64,000 nucleotides of DNA from Chrysomallon squamiferum (Eukaryota > Animalia > Mollusca). The notes under the pieces were generated by a model. It had not been told where the DNA came from. It did no database searches and saw nothing but the letters and a program-made list of their open reading frames with translations. Below, piece by piece: positions 11,505 to 28,059 of this stretch (within the stretch, counting starts at the first letter, position 1; every line of letters starts with the position of its first letter). Made by a program: the position numbers and the translations under genes. The stretch spans positions 7,192,001 through 7,256,000 of the forward strand of contig CM022666.1 of the NCBI GenBank assembly GCA_012295275.1, written 5' to 3'.

Positions 11505-12213
11505 ATGCAGCGACAACGGCGTTCCAAATACATCCACGTGCTATCCGTCCTGAAGATCCGCCGACGTGGAATGTACACGGAGCTCCACGTTGGAGCGGTT
11601 CTCTTTCTCATTCTCGTCGGCGTGTCCTACAGCAGCGGCTACGTCTTCCAGATGGGGATATTCCTCACGGACCGCTGCGAGGCGGAGTACGTCGCCAACC
11701 TCAACGTCTCCATCACGCTGTCGTTACGTCACGTCCGCAGCCTCAACCTCACGCCGGACGTCCAGTACGCCTTTTCGTTCTTTCCCTTCTGCACGCCGAA
11801 AGAAGCGCTGGCGCACCTCGACCAAGTCTTCAACAACCACGACGACGACGTCATCATCGGACTCGCGGATTACAACCTCCACAAGTCGTTCGCCATCTTC
11901 TCCGAGGTGTACGGGAAGCCCTACGTAGCGGCCGACTCCTTCGTGCCTATTCGGACGGACGGACACGCGTTCACCACGTTCCCCTGCCACTGCCAGCTAG
12001 CTCTGGCGCTGTCGCAGATCCTCGACGACTTCCAGTGGCAGACGATCACGATCATCACGTCGGACGACGACATATGGCAAGATTTGAGCAACGAGATTCA
12101 CATACAGCTGAGTCTGAAGCAGTTTATAATGTACAAAAAACACCAGTTCAGTTCGCCACTGAGTGAATTCAGAGCCACGTCGTTTATGGAAAACGTACCA
12201 GAGACAAGCAAAG
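11505..12213 (+). CDS. First coding exon of a receptor guanylyl cyclase / natriuretic-peptide-receptor-like protein (signal peptide + ANF-receptor ligand-binding domain); partial gene
   Basis: GC-rich ORF with mostly C/G-ending codons. A hydrophobic signal peptide (VGAVLFLILVGVSYS) follows Met at 11571; an upstream in-frame ATG is at 11505. Type 1 PBP-fold motifs: C..KEAL, DVIIG, YGKPYV, TTFP, LALALSQILDDFQWQTITIITSDD..W. Ends at a strong AAG|gtaagg donor, phase 1. No TM, kinase-homology or cyclase exons are seen, so the family is inferred; iGluR and class C GPCR N-domains share this fold. Confidence 0.8.
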
Positions 12214-12939
12214 GTAAGGTTTAGTTTGATTCGTTTATCGTACAAACAAACACTGCCAGACATAGTTATTACATTCATACGCAGTGAATTACTTTCTTAC
12301 GTAGATTCACGTATATGTGTAAACTTACACACAAACACACACACACATACATACATATACATGTACTTACATTCATATATATAAACATATATATGTATGT
12401 ACATACAAAAATAGAGACGTACATACGTACGTACGTATACGCACATACTTACAGACAAACCTTCATATATACAGACATATATACATACAATAAACGTACG
12501 TTCGCGAGAGCATACCTATGCTTGTGGGAATATACGAAACATAAATATATATATGTGTGTGTACGAACGTTAAGCTGTGAACTTAAGCAGACGCTAAGTC
12601 GACCAGAGAGTAAGATACGTATGTAAGTAAATGTGTTTGTATATTTACATGCCTACGTAAAATGTAACAGATCAGGTTGCTTTAACACTGAGAAACTCGA
12701 GTGTATCTCTTTAACGTCTTCACTGGTTCTTTCACTTTCTACCTTTATTTTTTTTTCTCTCATTTTTGTCTCTTTAAATTTTTTAAAATCAGTTTAAACG
12801 CGGAACAAATTTTTATTTTTCACGTTTATAAAGTAGAAAGAAAAAGTTATTTTCATTTTATGGGAAAAAGTTTAAATTCTTTTTTTAATTTCGCGAAAAA
12901 ATAAGGAAAAATAAGGAAAAACAACAATAGCATTAACAA

Positions 12940-12984
<45 letters not shown>

Positions 12985-13636
12985 TAATAATGTTAGTAAT
13001 AGTAAAGATAAAAATAAAAGATATATAGATTTTTGGGTATGTTTATGTATGTTTGGATATATATGTGCAGGCATGTATTTGTATATATATATATTTTTGG
13101 TAATGAATTAACCTATTTGGGAAACTACTTTTAAATATTTGAAACAGCAACGCAACAAACCATATTAAGCTTTGCCGTCTTACGTCATGTCGTAATGTAC
13201 TTAAGTTTTGTTTTACAACTTTTATAGGCTGTTGCTAACAGTCTATTATGAACCAATCTGTAGCCGTCACACAACAAATCAAATTAGTCTAATAACTTTT
13301 TTCCCCCTCTCCTTTCTATTCTTTACATTAGTTTTGTCTGGGTTATTTTATTTTTATTATTATTTTTTTTTTCGTTCCCGTCGTACTTGTTTTTTTTATT
13401 TTTATTTATTTATTTATTTAATTATTTTTTCTTGGTTCGTTCCCCGCAATCTATATAATCTATTTTGAACCACCTAATAAAAATTAATTGTCTGATATCA
13501 ACAAACTTGTCTGGGGAGAACTTTGAAATGAAGATATTTTGGAAATTTCCTTCTGATGACACACAATCAGCAAAAGACACACATTAAGTCAAAAAAAAAA
13601 AAAAAAAATTAGATTTACATCTAATGTTCTCCGACG

Positions 13637-13669
<33 letters not shown>

Positions 13670-13973
13670 CCAGTTATTATTATTTTTTATTTCACTTTTT
13701 CTTTGGTTTGTTACTTGTAATTATAAAATTAAACTAGATTTTTTTTTTTTCTTATAATTTATTATTTTTCCCTGCATCGGGAGTAAACTTTATAGGTGTG
13801 TACAAATATATATTAAAAAAATAAAATAAAATAATAATAATAATAATAATAATACTCTAAATTAAAAAAATTAAAAAAAAAAATAAGAATAAAATGGAAA
13901 AAAAGATGTGACAGTAGTAGCACTAGCCAGTGCAGAACACTAGCAGTAGTAGCTACAACAGTAAAACAACAGC

Positions 13974-14021
<48 letters not shown>

Positions 14022-14024
14022 AAC

Positions 14025-14062
<38 letters not shown>

Positions 14063-14458
14063 TAATAATAATAATAATAATATTAATAAAAATAATAATA
14101 ATAACGACAACACATTAACAAACAATAGATGAAAATCTTCATGGTCTCCACAATAACCCGGATGTAAAAATAAATAAAACATCGGGAATGTTTCCCTTGA
14201 TTAAATAAAATCTAAATTCATGAAAACTGATAATAAAAGAGAGAATTTATTCGAGTCTTTATTTCCAGATTCTAAGAGATGTCACTGTTTTAATGTGCAC
14301 GTTCCCTACACTGAATCACGATAAATAATAAGCACAGTATGAAAATCACAAAACAGATTTGGTGTTAAACTGAAATATTATTGTACTTAAGGTTACCTAG
14401 TCGATATTTTTATTTTTGCAAGACAGCGTTAATAAATGAAAAATGATTAAAAAATATC

Positions 14459-14542
<84 letters not shown>

Positions 14543-14562
14543 GTTATTTAGTAGTAGTAGTA

Positions 14563-14631
<69 letters not shown>

Positions 14632-15792
14632 TGTCTAGATAAATCTCAATTTCAATAGCACAAAATATGAAGCAACAATATTACATAATCTTCAAGTAGA
14701 CTACGCAAAACAAGAAAAACAAGAAAAAACCCATAAACCTCCCCCAAAAAACAAAGCCACCCACCCACCCACACACAAAAAAAAACCCCATTCTAACCAA
14801 CATAAACAAAACAAAATCTTCGACATCAAATTTTTCTTTTTTCAGTCATTTTTATCTTCCTTCTTTTTTGTCCTCTTATTCTTCATAATTCGATCATTTT
14901 AATTTTTTTTTATAATATGTATTTTTTCTTAGTTCACCAAATCTACACAAACAAGAAAAAAAAAAAAAAAAAAAAAAGCTAAAGAAAACGTCGCTTAGAA
15001 ACGAAATTGAGATGAAGTATTCGTTGTTTGAATTACCACTGAGTTATCTCTTTAATTCCCGCCTTAAATACACATGTCGTTAAAAAAACGTTGGACGATA
15101 TTTCGAGTTTTCTTTTCCTGGTTTGTGTAAACACAGAAATCTGAGAAACGTTAGCAGTTACAGAAAATGAAAACGTGGGAGAGTAGTGAAAATATTTCCA
15201 TTGAGAAATGAAGTTCATTATACATTTATAAAAATAAAAAAAAATAAACAAATAGGGAAGAATAATAAATACATACATATATAAACAAACAAACAAATAC
15301 ATAAATATATAAATAAATAAATAAAACAAACACACAAACATAATAAATTAATAATATTTAAAAATCTCTCTTTTTTTTTTCATTATACAATATCTACTCT
15401 CACATTACTTGTCCACATTATACAATAAACAGAGAGAAAGCTGTTTTTATTTTGTTTATATTTTTTCTCAGCCGCTCTCTCTTTCAGTCGATCTCACAGA
15501 ATAGACACACACACACACAGACACACACACACACACTGTCACACACACATACACACACACACAGACACACACACAGACAGACACACACACACAAATATAT
15601 GATTTCTTGATCTGTACAAGAATCTCCTTCTGTCTGTCTCTATGTATTTGAATCTGTTTTACTGTCTGTCTATCTATCTATCTCGTCTTTGTATGTCTGC
15701 CTGTCTCTCTGTCTCTCTGTGAGTCTGTATTTCTGTCTGTCTGTCCATCTCTCGGTCTGTCTTCCCGCCCTCTTTCTGAGAATCTCTGACTG

Positions 15793-15823
<31 letters not shown>

Positions 15824-16711
15824 CGTTATAATTTGCACAACATTTACAAATAAACTAATTGTCAAGTATTAACAATCGATCAAGGTGAAGAACCTGAAAG
15901 TCGTGTTATTTCCTGACATACCGTTCAACCTGTGTAACTCGACCACTCTTGTTACCACAGTAATTAGTTGTGCTTACTCTTTCATAAATAAGTTGGGGAA
16001 AAAAAAAAAAAAAAAAAAAAGAGTGCTCATACTGTTGTTGTCAATATTGCATAACGTGACGAATATATCACATCATGTGGTAATATATTACATCATGTGA
16101 CCTTTATATATATACCAGTTGTTCGGCAAAGCCAACCCAATTTAATAAGTTGCGCATGCGCTTCAATGCGATGCGATTTTTTTTTTCTATCCCGAAAAAC
16201 ATTCCATGATTTACTGTTCTAGTCAAATAAATTTTATTTAAATTTTGTAATAAAAGTACAGAATTTGTTTTATTTATTCTTTGAAGTTATTTAATATTAG
16301 TTAATTATGCAAAAAAACGTTTCAGCTAATTACTAACTTCAAAGTTTAAATAAATCAAAATATCAATATTTCTTAAATACATACTTATTAGTATTTGTAT
16401 CTGTCTATCTATCTGTATCTCTCTATCTACATAACGTGGGATTATAATATCAAAAAGGTTTTTCAAAAGATCTAAAACGGCTGAAAATTCCTTCAACCGT
16501 CCTTTTGATTACGGCTCTGCAGAATACAGTTTCATCGATTAATTTGTTTTAAAACTCGCTTTAATAAAAAAACCAAAAAAACAATCTAAGCCATATTTTC
16601 TTGTCTCCAGCGGTTTTTAAAAGAAATTTAAAAAGATTTAATTATTAATTGAATATCTAATGGTATAAAACACCAGGTGACGTAATTATTATTATTAGAA
16701 AAAGATATGTG

Positions 16712-16742
<31 letters not shown>

Positions 16743-16846
16743 ATAACAGATACCATTACAACGTGTAGTTTACTGGAGTTGGAAACAGAAAAGAAAAAGA
16801 GAGAGACTGAACATATAGAGATAGGTAAATAGATACACAGACATAT

Positions 16847-16877
<31 letters not shown>

Positions 16878-16956
16878 TAAATAGATAGATAGAGAGATAT
16901 ATAGAGAGATAGGTAGGTAGATAGATAGTTATACAATTAGATAGAGAAATAGGTAG

Positions 16957-17096
<140 letters not shown>

Positions 17097-17268
17097 TTTT
17101 TGTGTGTCAAGGTTGTCTGGTTTTATGAAGTAAGTATAGATATAAAAACAAATGAACAAATCCTAAAAGTCTGTATTTTGTAGAAAACAAAATGAGCAAA
17201 CACTTCCAAGTCTGTATTTTTAATATTCCCAAAAAAAAAATAAAAAAAAAAAAAAAAAAAAAAAAAAG

Positions 17269-17308
<40 letters not shown>

Positions 17309-17757
17309 AAATTAAAAAAATAAAAAAAATAATAATAAGAAGAAAGAGAAATGATTTAAATAATAATAATATTTATGATGAAAATGATGATATTAATAAT
17401 GTTAATGATTGTAATGACAGTAATGATAATGATGACACTAATGAAGGAAATGATAAAGGAAATGAAGCTCTTGCTATCTCAATTCTCTTTTTCCCATTCC
17501 TGATTTATAACTGTTTCTTCTGAGTCGCATTATGGCAGTTAGAAGGAAGGTTTGCATCGTAGTGTATTTCTTGCTGTTTGCAGCTAAGTTACGTAATTTA
17601 CAACAATCTGTATTCAGTTTCAAACAGATTAGATCATCGACTGATTCATGGTCTGGAATTTGGGTTACACATTGCATTCATGTACACTGTAATGTGTTGT
17701 ATATGTGTGTACACATGTACGTGTTTATATGTAAGCATGTTGTTTGTAAAATGTACA

Positions 17758-17809
<52 letters not shown>

Positions 17810-19871
17810 TAGATATAGATGAGTGTATAAGCAGTATGTATTTGAATGTATGAATACAAATGCCCTCTCTCACTGTATGTATTATATATATATATATATA
17901 CGTACATGCATACAAACATACACATACACATATAAACAATCTATTTTTCTTTTTCATCTGCTTCTAAAGACGGGCGTTAAAGCGAGGCTTTACGGTATCC
18001 GAATAATGCATTCCTGAGCACGACAAATTCGTTTTCTCTCGCTCACTGTCAGGAACTAATTGTCAATAAATTATTCATTACCGATATTATTCAATCGGAT
18101 CCCTACGAATGGTTTTGGAAATGGAATCTTTCCCAATCAGTATGCATTCTCTCGTTTTCTGCAGCTGCCTTTAATAAAATACCCATGTATTTCGATTCTT
18201 TAAACTGATTAGCTCAGCTGATGGTGGAAAGAATCAGCCGATTGTGTTTTGATTCGTTAAACTTGTAAATGTGTTCACAATAAACTGAGCTTCTGTTGTG
18301 TTACGCTGATAATTCTGTTACATTTTGATTTGTTAAAGTGATTACTTCGTTCTCTGTTTGCTGAATACCAGTTAATTTTATTGTATTATAAACAGTCGAT
18401 CTGTTTTTGTATTTTGATTCCTAAGTTTCGCATGTCCGATGAATCAGTGCATTTGGTTTTGTTTCTTTAAGCGTGTTTTTTTTTTTTTTTCTCGATTCAC
18501 AGTTAATATGTTAATAAATTAATTAAAGTGATTGCGATAATTCTACGTTGTTTAAAGATCAATTTTAGCATTAGAAAACTTCGCTAAAACCTGTTTTAAC
18601 AAAAAAACAAAAAAAAAATCCATTCAAATTCTCTGTAAAACGGTTCTGAAAATAATAGTGCAAAAAGATTATTAAGTTCATTTCTTTAACTGAAAATAAT
18701 GTTTTATCAGCCACACTAAAACGACTAGAAATTACAGTGTTTTTTTTTTTCTCATGGAATTATTTAATATTCCCTAACCTTTTTTTTTTCAGTATATGTG
18801 AAATATTTACTTAGAGTTATAGATTAAATAATAATAAGAATAAGAATAATAATAATAAACAAACAAACAAATAAAAAAACAAACAAATAAATAAATAAAT
18901 AAATAAATGGATAAATAAATAAATAAATTATTTTAAAAAAAAGGTAAAAAAGAAAATACATTATACTCGCACTGGAAGAGGTAAATGACGTTTTGCACAA
19001 TTACTGTCTTCAACCTTTTAACAGTTTTATCTTCGAAGAGCAAAACAGATTAAAACGACAACAACAAGAAGCAAGAAAAGAATTAAAAGCTTTGACACCT
19101 TCACTTCACACATTCGAAAAGACAAAATTTAATTTTAAAAATGTTTCTTAAAAATAATAAGAAGAGAAAAAAAAATAAGAAGTGTGAAAAAGCGAAAAAC
19201 TAAGAAATAGAAAGAGACAGGTGAAACAAAAAAAATAAAATAAAAATAAAACGAAAAGAAATACTGGAACAAAAAAAAAAAAAAAAAAAAAAGAAAATAA
19301 CAAGAAAAGCAAAAATTATAATTAAAAATGGAAACTGAAAAGAAAAAAAAAGAAAAAGACAAAACGAAGCCATTTTTAGAGTCGAAATTGCTGCCTGACC
19401 TTTTTGATTCATTTTTTTTTTTTTCTTTTTTTTCGTATTCTTGTCTAATTTGGTTTTCTGCTTGCTGTGTTCATCTCCTCTTCTAACATGACCTTAAACA
19501 ACGTTGTCGTTTAGAGACGACTACATCAACAGCGGGTCATTTCTGATAAGATCATTGCGGAGGATGCGCATCAAACTGAGAGACGCGGTAGTTGAACTGA
19601 ACTGAGAACTTTTTTCTCTCTGACTGTTTCGTTTTTTACTGAAGAATAAAAATAAATAAATTAATTTAAGTTCTCTCCCTCGTTCTTCCCCCTCTTTCTC
19701 TCTCTTTTTTATTTTATTTTAATTTGCTTTCACCATTCATTATCGCTAGAGGGTTTTTTTGGGGGGTGTTTTTTTTTGTTTAGCGATCTTTCTCTTATTC
19801 TCTTTGAATTTAACTTTTTCCTCTCTCTTTCTCTCGTTCACTAATTCCTCTCTCCCCTCTCTCTCTTTTTC

Positions 19872-20130
<259 letters not shown>

Positions 20131-20929
20131 TCTCTTCTTAGAGGATTTGTTCAAACTCGTCGCTTCTCAGACAAGCTCTCTAACATCCGGGCACCATCAG
20201 ACGTTCCGTCATTCGTGAAATTCTCCACGTAATATATCAATTATTCTGCCTCAACCTCGCTACACTGGAAGTATTTCTGCTCGTACCCGAGGTCTCTGAA
20301 GCGCAATTACTGAACAAAATGATCTTCAAGTAATAATAATAAATAAAAAAAAAAAAAAAAGCGTTCTTTTCATATGTACGAAAAAATCCAATAGAACCAA
20401 TTAGCTTGCATTGGTCGACAAGTCAAACAAGGTATCTATTTAAGAATGCACAACAACATATAATCAGGTAAAAATATCAATTGATATTTCTGACGGGGGT
20501 TAGAATGATGTTAAAAGCTCCGGTAATAAAATCGAACGTCGTCGATAGCCAGTATAAGAAAAGGTGGCGCATTTATTAATGGTTTAACGACCATGCTGAA
20601 GTAACTTTTTTTAACATTTTTTTTTTTTTATTTTTATAATTTAAGTACAAGAAGTAAAGAAACGAGATCTAACGATCTGCTATTTTCAGAATTTCTATCT
20701 GTTTGTGAATGTTTTTTTTTTTTTTTTTTTTTTTTTTTCCGGCAAGTTTTGCAGTCTGTCGATTTCGTGTGTGTTTTTTTTCTCAAAGTTTAAGATCAAC
20801 AAATGTGTCAGAATTAAACTCATTATTTTGTTATTGTTAGATGATGCAAAGATACGTAACAATTCACAAGGTGTAATAATATTTATACATCGATTCTTTT
20901 TGTTTGATTTCTCAACTTATGTGATTTAT

Positions 20930-21250
<321 letters not shown>

Positions 21251-22661
21251 TAGCTCGACACAGAAAGCTAAAAAAAAAAAAAAAAAAAAAAAAAAAACGA
21301 AGAAAGTAAAAGTGATTGATAAGGCAAACCAGATACGCATTTCACAGAAAACTAACAGATTATAGAAACAGAATCCCAGACAGAACGAGTTACGCAGTTT
21401 GCTACCAAACACAGAGACACAACAGAGATTACTGGCAAATAAAGACAGATGAACAAAGACACAGATTCTGACACCTAATCCTGGCAGCGCAGATTTTCGC
21501 ATTACGCCGTCTTCGCTTTCCCATTTCGAGGCCAGTGTCTTACAAATGTGTTCCGATGGTTTTATCCTTTGATGAAGAGCTCTGGATTGCGGACAGGATC
21601 GTCACTAACACCAGCGAATGAGGTAGTGCTGGTGCGGTGTTGTGGTTTACTGTTAGGAAGACTGGGTTCAGGGATTCGCGGCATCTTGTAAGGTTTAGTA
21701 GAGAAAATTACATGAAATGTAGTAAAGATAACTGTCGTCATTTTGGTATGGTTGGTTATTGTTTGTGTGTGTGTGCGTGCGTGTGTGTGTGTGTGTGTGT
21801 GTATGTGTGTGTGTGTGTATGTATGTATGTATATCTCTGTGCATGTCTGTGTATGTATGAGTCTATATATTTATATACATGTAGAGAAAGACAGATACAA
21901 ACACAGATGCACACACACAAACCCACATACACTCACCCACACATATATATGTGTATGTGTGCTGTCTTTGTGTACGTATGTATACGTGTAACAACTTTAA
22001 CGATAACAACGATAACAACAACGACAACAATAATACTGATAACAATAACAACATTATAACAATTGTCATAACAACAACAACAAAAAAGTAACAGCAACAT
22101 AAAATCAACACTAAATAATAATAATAATAATAATAAAACTAAGCAAGTAAACAAATTAGTTCAGCAACACGCTTTTCTAGCGAAAACAACAGATTATTCA
22201 AATTCCTCTCCCCCTGCACGAGACTCGACGTGGTGGCGCTGTTCCAGGGGCAATAACTCTGCGCGAAAGGCGACACACACACTGGGGAAAAGCGACCATA
22301 ACGACTCATTGTTCATCGTATTAATGACCATTATCTGACTAACTGGCAATGAAAAGCGCGCGATTAGGTTACTTTAGAACTGAATGTCACTTTGAGTGAG
22401 AAAACGACTTCCTCTACGATTCTGTTAATGTATCTGTTTATGATGCTGATGATGCTGATGATGGTGTTTTTGTTTTCTCTGCCTCTCGCTTCTTTGTTTA
22501 TTTTTCTCTCCTTTTATATTCATCTGCAAATAATGTACAGAAATTTTATCTTCAATCTCTTTTATTATTTATTTATTTAATATTATTGTTATTGTTATTG
22601 TTATTTTTACCATAATCTCATCATAAACCTCGTCAGCATAATAATAATAATGATAATAATG

Positions 22662-22693
<32 letters not shown>

Positions 22694-24106
22694 GATAATG
22701 ATAATGATAACATTAATAATAACAACAACAATAATAATAATAATTATTATTATTATTTTATTATTTCTTTTACATACAATTCATTATTTTGAAGGAGATT
22801 TTTTTTGGGGAAAAAAAAATCACAATTCTGCTTAATTACTACGACAACAACAACAACATCTACTACTCCCAACTACAACTGCGACAACCTCTTCGTAGAT
22901 ATTATCAGTTCAGATGATCTCATCCTAATTGCTTCTACAACGGTATCTTTATATTATATGAATTGCAGAAATCGATTCTCTTCCCGCTCCGGTTTTGAGC
23001 GAGGTAGTTTTTGACGTCCAGTTGCTGTACTCAGTACACAAGACCATTAACGTGGCGTCACTCCCTCTTGAGATGTAATATTTACTTCTTATTCCCGTCG
23101 CATTTCTATCAGAAATATCTCATATCTGTTTATTGTGCAGATTTATTTTTAAATGAGGGGAAATTTAATAGAGAAAGGAAGTAAACAGAGATAAAAATAA
23201 GAAATAAAAAAATGTATAAAAAAATAAAATAAATAATGAAAATAATAATAGTTTTAAATTTAGAAAAAAAAAATGATAAAAATAGATAAATTAAAATATG
23301 AGATAAGGAAAGTTATTAGATATTATAAAAATAAAATAATGCATGAATAAGAACGAATATGTTGAGAAAGGTAACGACAAATTAAATATGTATATATAAC
23401 AACTTTAAAGAATAAATTGAAAAATATTAATATAAAGATAATTAAATAGAGAGAATCCTTTGAAAAATTAAGGAAAGAAGTGAAAATAAAATAGTAAAAA
23501 ATAAGATGAACAATAAAATAAAAGTTGAAAACGAAATGAAAATAAATATAACAAAAAAGGATAATATTATCGACATAGCAAATAAACTAAAAATGAAATT
23601 ACAAAAAATAAAAAAATAAAGAAAACGAATGTTCAAAAGAAAAAGTAATCAAAATAAAATGGAGAAGGAAATTCACAAATTTTTAAAAATAGAAAAAAAA
23701 AACAGAAGAAAAAATTGAAAGAAAAGTAAAATGATTATCAAAAAAAAAAGAAGAAAAAAAAAAAAATAGCAAAAAGAAAACGAAAAAGGAGGATAAACGA
23801 AAACTCCACGTAATGATAACACTCCACAGTGCTTGCACTTCCGGCACGTGCGGTTTCTTAAAATAGTGTTTTCTAAAAAACGTAGTTTTGATTAGCCTTT
23901 AGGCGTTTTTCTGTAATGCTACTTTCTAGATAGCGAGCGCCATTTCAGTGACACGCTGACGAAGAAATGATGGTTTACAAGTGTCTGAGTGGTAAATGAT
24001 TTAAGTGTTTGGATGTTTACAAATGACAGTTTAAGGTTGCATCCATAAAACAATATATATATACATATATATATATATATACAACTATATTGATAGACAA
24101 ATATAC

Positions 24107-24182
<76 letters not shown>

Positions 24183-24227
24183 TCGTGTATGTATATATGT
24201 ATGTATGTATGTATTTATGTATACATG

Positions 24228-24258
<31 letters not shown>

Positions 24259-24803
24259 ATCTATATATAGATAGATAGATACATGCATACATAAATATAT
24301 ACATACATACATACGAACTAACAAACACACGAACTAACAAAGAAACATACAAAATACTCTAAAGGACAAACACACCTACACTACACACTACACATAAAGA
24401 CATACAGACACAAACACTGATACACACACAACCTCATTCGGTTTAAATTGAGCGAGTGTGATAATTTTATTTTAACGTAGATTCTTGTTATTGTTATTAT
24501 TATTAAACACTGAAGGCCTTATTTAATATCGGGACGAATTTAAAACTGCATCAGACGTTTAGCTGAATATAAGAATCCCAATTTAATATCAGGGCAGAGA
24601 GGACACTGTGCAAAATGTAAACATTGTTTCAGAGATTCTGTTACTGTCTTATTTCCAGTGTTATTTATCTCGGTGTCTCAGGCATCCTCTGTGTTTGCGT
24701 TTTCTACCAGCTTTGTCAACAGTGTGACACGTCGCCATGAAATAGTCATACAGCACTTGTTTTTTTCTTCTACATTTCTCTCTTCTTTATATCTATCGTC
24801 CTG

Positions 24804-24916
<113 letters not shown>

Positions 24917-25236
24917 CTCACATATACAAATACAAAAACATTCACTATTGCTCGCTCTCATTATCTATCTAAATATCTTTCTGTGTGTTTATCTGACTCT
25001 CTGTCTCTCTATCTTTCTATGTGTGTGTGTATATATGTATGTATATGTCTATGTACGTGTGTCTGTATATATATATATATATGCGTTAAATATCTATATC
25101 TATATCTATATATGTATATATATGTATGTATGTGTGTATGTATCTATGTATGTATATGTATGTATATATGTATATATTTCTCCATATATCCATCTGTTTG
25201 TCTGTATTTTTATTAACTCACTCTCAAACACACACA

Positions 25237-25331
<95 letters not shown>

Positions 25332-26102
25332 CCTGACTGTACTGTATCAGTCACTCCCTCACTGAATACATCTTTCTCTCTCACTATCAGCTGATTTGTT
25401 CATCTTTCAAACACCACGCACACACGCACACACACGCACGCACACACACGCACACATGCACAGACACACATGGAATCTATGGGTCGTGCCGATTACGGCC
25501 GTTAATATCTTAAGCTGCGTCTCGCGGGAAAAGTCTCGCGCCAGTGTGACGTATTAGTCGTTGATTTAAACAAGGATCGTGATTTACCACGTGTGTGCAC
25601 AAAACATCGGCATGAATACCGACGGTGGTTGCCATGGCAACAGAATCGTTAATGAAGCACTTTTTTTTTTTTTTTTTTTGTTGGAAAACTGGCATGCATA
25701 GGATGAATTGGGAGAAAAAGAAAGATGGAAAATTAATTTTATAAAAAAGAGCAAATTAGATGAATTATGTAAAGTGAACAAATGAACGAACGAACGAAGG
25801 AATGAATGAATGAATAGTTAATGACTTCTCATTATTTTAGTATTAATTATCTTTGCGTTTGAAATTTTTGGGATATAGTGAGAGAGAAAAAAAAAAAAAA
25901 AAAAAAACAACCACCTTGCTGATGTACGTTTCTCCTGCAAGGTGTCTTTTAACTAAGTGAAAATTTTAAAAATGACAAATATTTCCATATGTAACGTAAA
26001 TTATATAAAATAAAAGAATAAGATAAATATTTATAAAAGAATAAATAATAATAATAATCTTATCCCAAAACAAGATTCATGGCTATACAGAACAACATTA
26101 TA

Positions 26103-26143
<41 letters not shown>

Positions 26144-27024
26144 TTAAAAACATCATCATCATCATCTTCGTCATCATCATCAACAGCAACAACCAGTTGC
26201 TATAGCTACTACTAATAGTAGTTCTAGGTAATACTCTGGAATTCACCAAAACCTATATTAAATATTTTCCTGCCTGTGGGAAAGCTACATTAACAAATTC
26301 TCTTGCTATTGTTAGCTGGCAGGGTAAAACGCGTTCCATGGTCACGACGGGTTTCTTATCTAGTCTTTTTAATAATAAAATCGAGGCGGTGTATCTGTCA
26401 AAAATAACGTAATGAAAAAAGGAAATATATTCCTCTGAGATTAAATTACTATTCATTTATCGATTTAGAATATGTTACGGGGCTACGGGGCATAAAACAA
26501 ATTCGGTTTGAATTTTCATTTGGTTCATTCCTTTGCCTGATCCCCTACAGATATTCAACATAATTAGGTTTGAGAAGCAGCGCCTAAAATCCGGAAGCGC
26601 GTTGTAGGAAAGCGAGCGAAAACGAGGCGAAGCTACACGGTAATACATGAATAATTAATTAGCCCCTTGCAAGAAGAAAACATTGCCCAGTGCGTTAAAT
26701 ATCAGTTAGAAATATCGACATTTCGACGAAACGGTATTAGGAACAGCACGATAACCTGATAAGGCGATAAAACACAAAAACTGTCATTAATTTTTATATC
26801 AAATTAATCGTCGCTGTTGCAATAGTCATTATAATGATGATCTCCTCCACAACAACATCACTGGGATTTTGTAGCAGTATTGTTGTAGGAGTTGTAGTGG
26901 TAATGATAACAATAATAGTCACAGTAGTAGTGGTAATAGTAGTAGTTGTTGAGGTAGTAATAACAGTAGCAGAAGTAACAGTGTGTTATTTGTAGTAACA
27001 GTAGTAGTAGTAGTAGTAGTAGTT

Positions 27025-27085
<61 letters not shown>

Positions 27086-27364
27086 TAGTAGTAGTAGTAG
27101 TAGCAGCCATACTCGTAGTGGTAACATACATGAAGTGAAGTGGTAACAGCAAGGATGCTGGTAGTAATATTTTTACATGTTTATTTATTTATGCGGTTCC
27201 GGAACATATTTACTGCTCATGCGTACAGAATTACTTTACCGATGGAAAGCAAAATGAATTCAGTTTGAACAGTTCTTTATGAAAAAGTTGTACGTCGATG
27301 AAAATGTAATCAAAATGTTTGCACAAATCGTGCCAATTTTGTTTTTCTTTCTTTTTTCTTTCTT

Positions 27365-27395
<31 letters not shown>

Positions 27396-27521
27396 TTATT
27401 ATTATTATTATTGTTGTTGTTGTTGGTTGTTGTTTCTTTTTCTCTCTCATCTGCCTCTTTTATTTGTGTCTCATTTCTTTTTCTCGTACAAACAAGTATA
27501 TTCACTGACACACGCACAGTC

Positions 27522-27595
<74 letters not shown>

Positions 27596-27995
27596 GCACG
27601 CACACACAAACATACACTTACGTACGTATTTACAAGCTTCCACGTCAATAAATAGTGTTGTACGTGTCTCACCTCTATTTCACCGGTAACAAACAAAAAA
27701 ATCGCTGCACATTATTACATCAATACACTCGACACAGGTAAATGATGGAAACCAGGTGTGAACACACAACTAATTACTGCAGGTAACGATTTCTTCAAAG
27801 TACAAATTATCCGTTTTCTGGAACAAATTACACAGGTATTTGTTCCTGTCTGTGTCTGGGATTTTTTTCTTCTTGATATATCTTTTCATGTGTGTCCATG
27901 TTCGATGAAAATCGAAGTACATTTGTCATGGAACTTTAATGGGTCGAACAAGTGATGATCTTAGAGATTTAGCGATGTAATGCTAGTATAGTGTT

Positions 27996-28059
<64 letters not shown>

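Noticed and set aside
11477-12278. Overlapping alternative-frame and antisense ORFs (229, 120, 88 and 93 aa)
   Set aside because: Shadow ORFs caused by the high GC3 of the real receptor exon.
21605-21640. TGAGGTAG let-7-like seed inside a small CACCAGC/GCTGGTG hairpin
   Set aside because: The seed lies in the loop, the remainder does not match let-7, and the stem is too short for a pre-miRNA.
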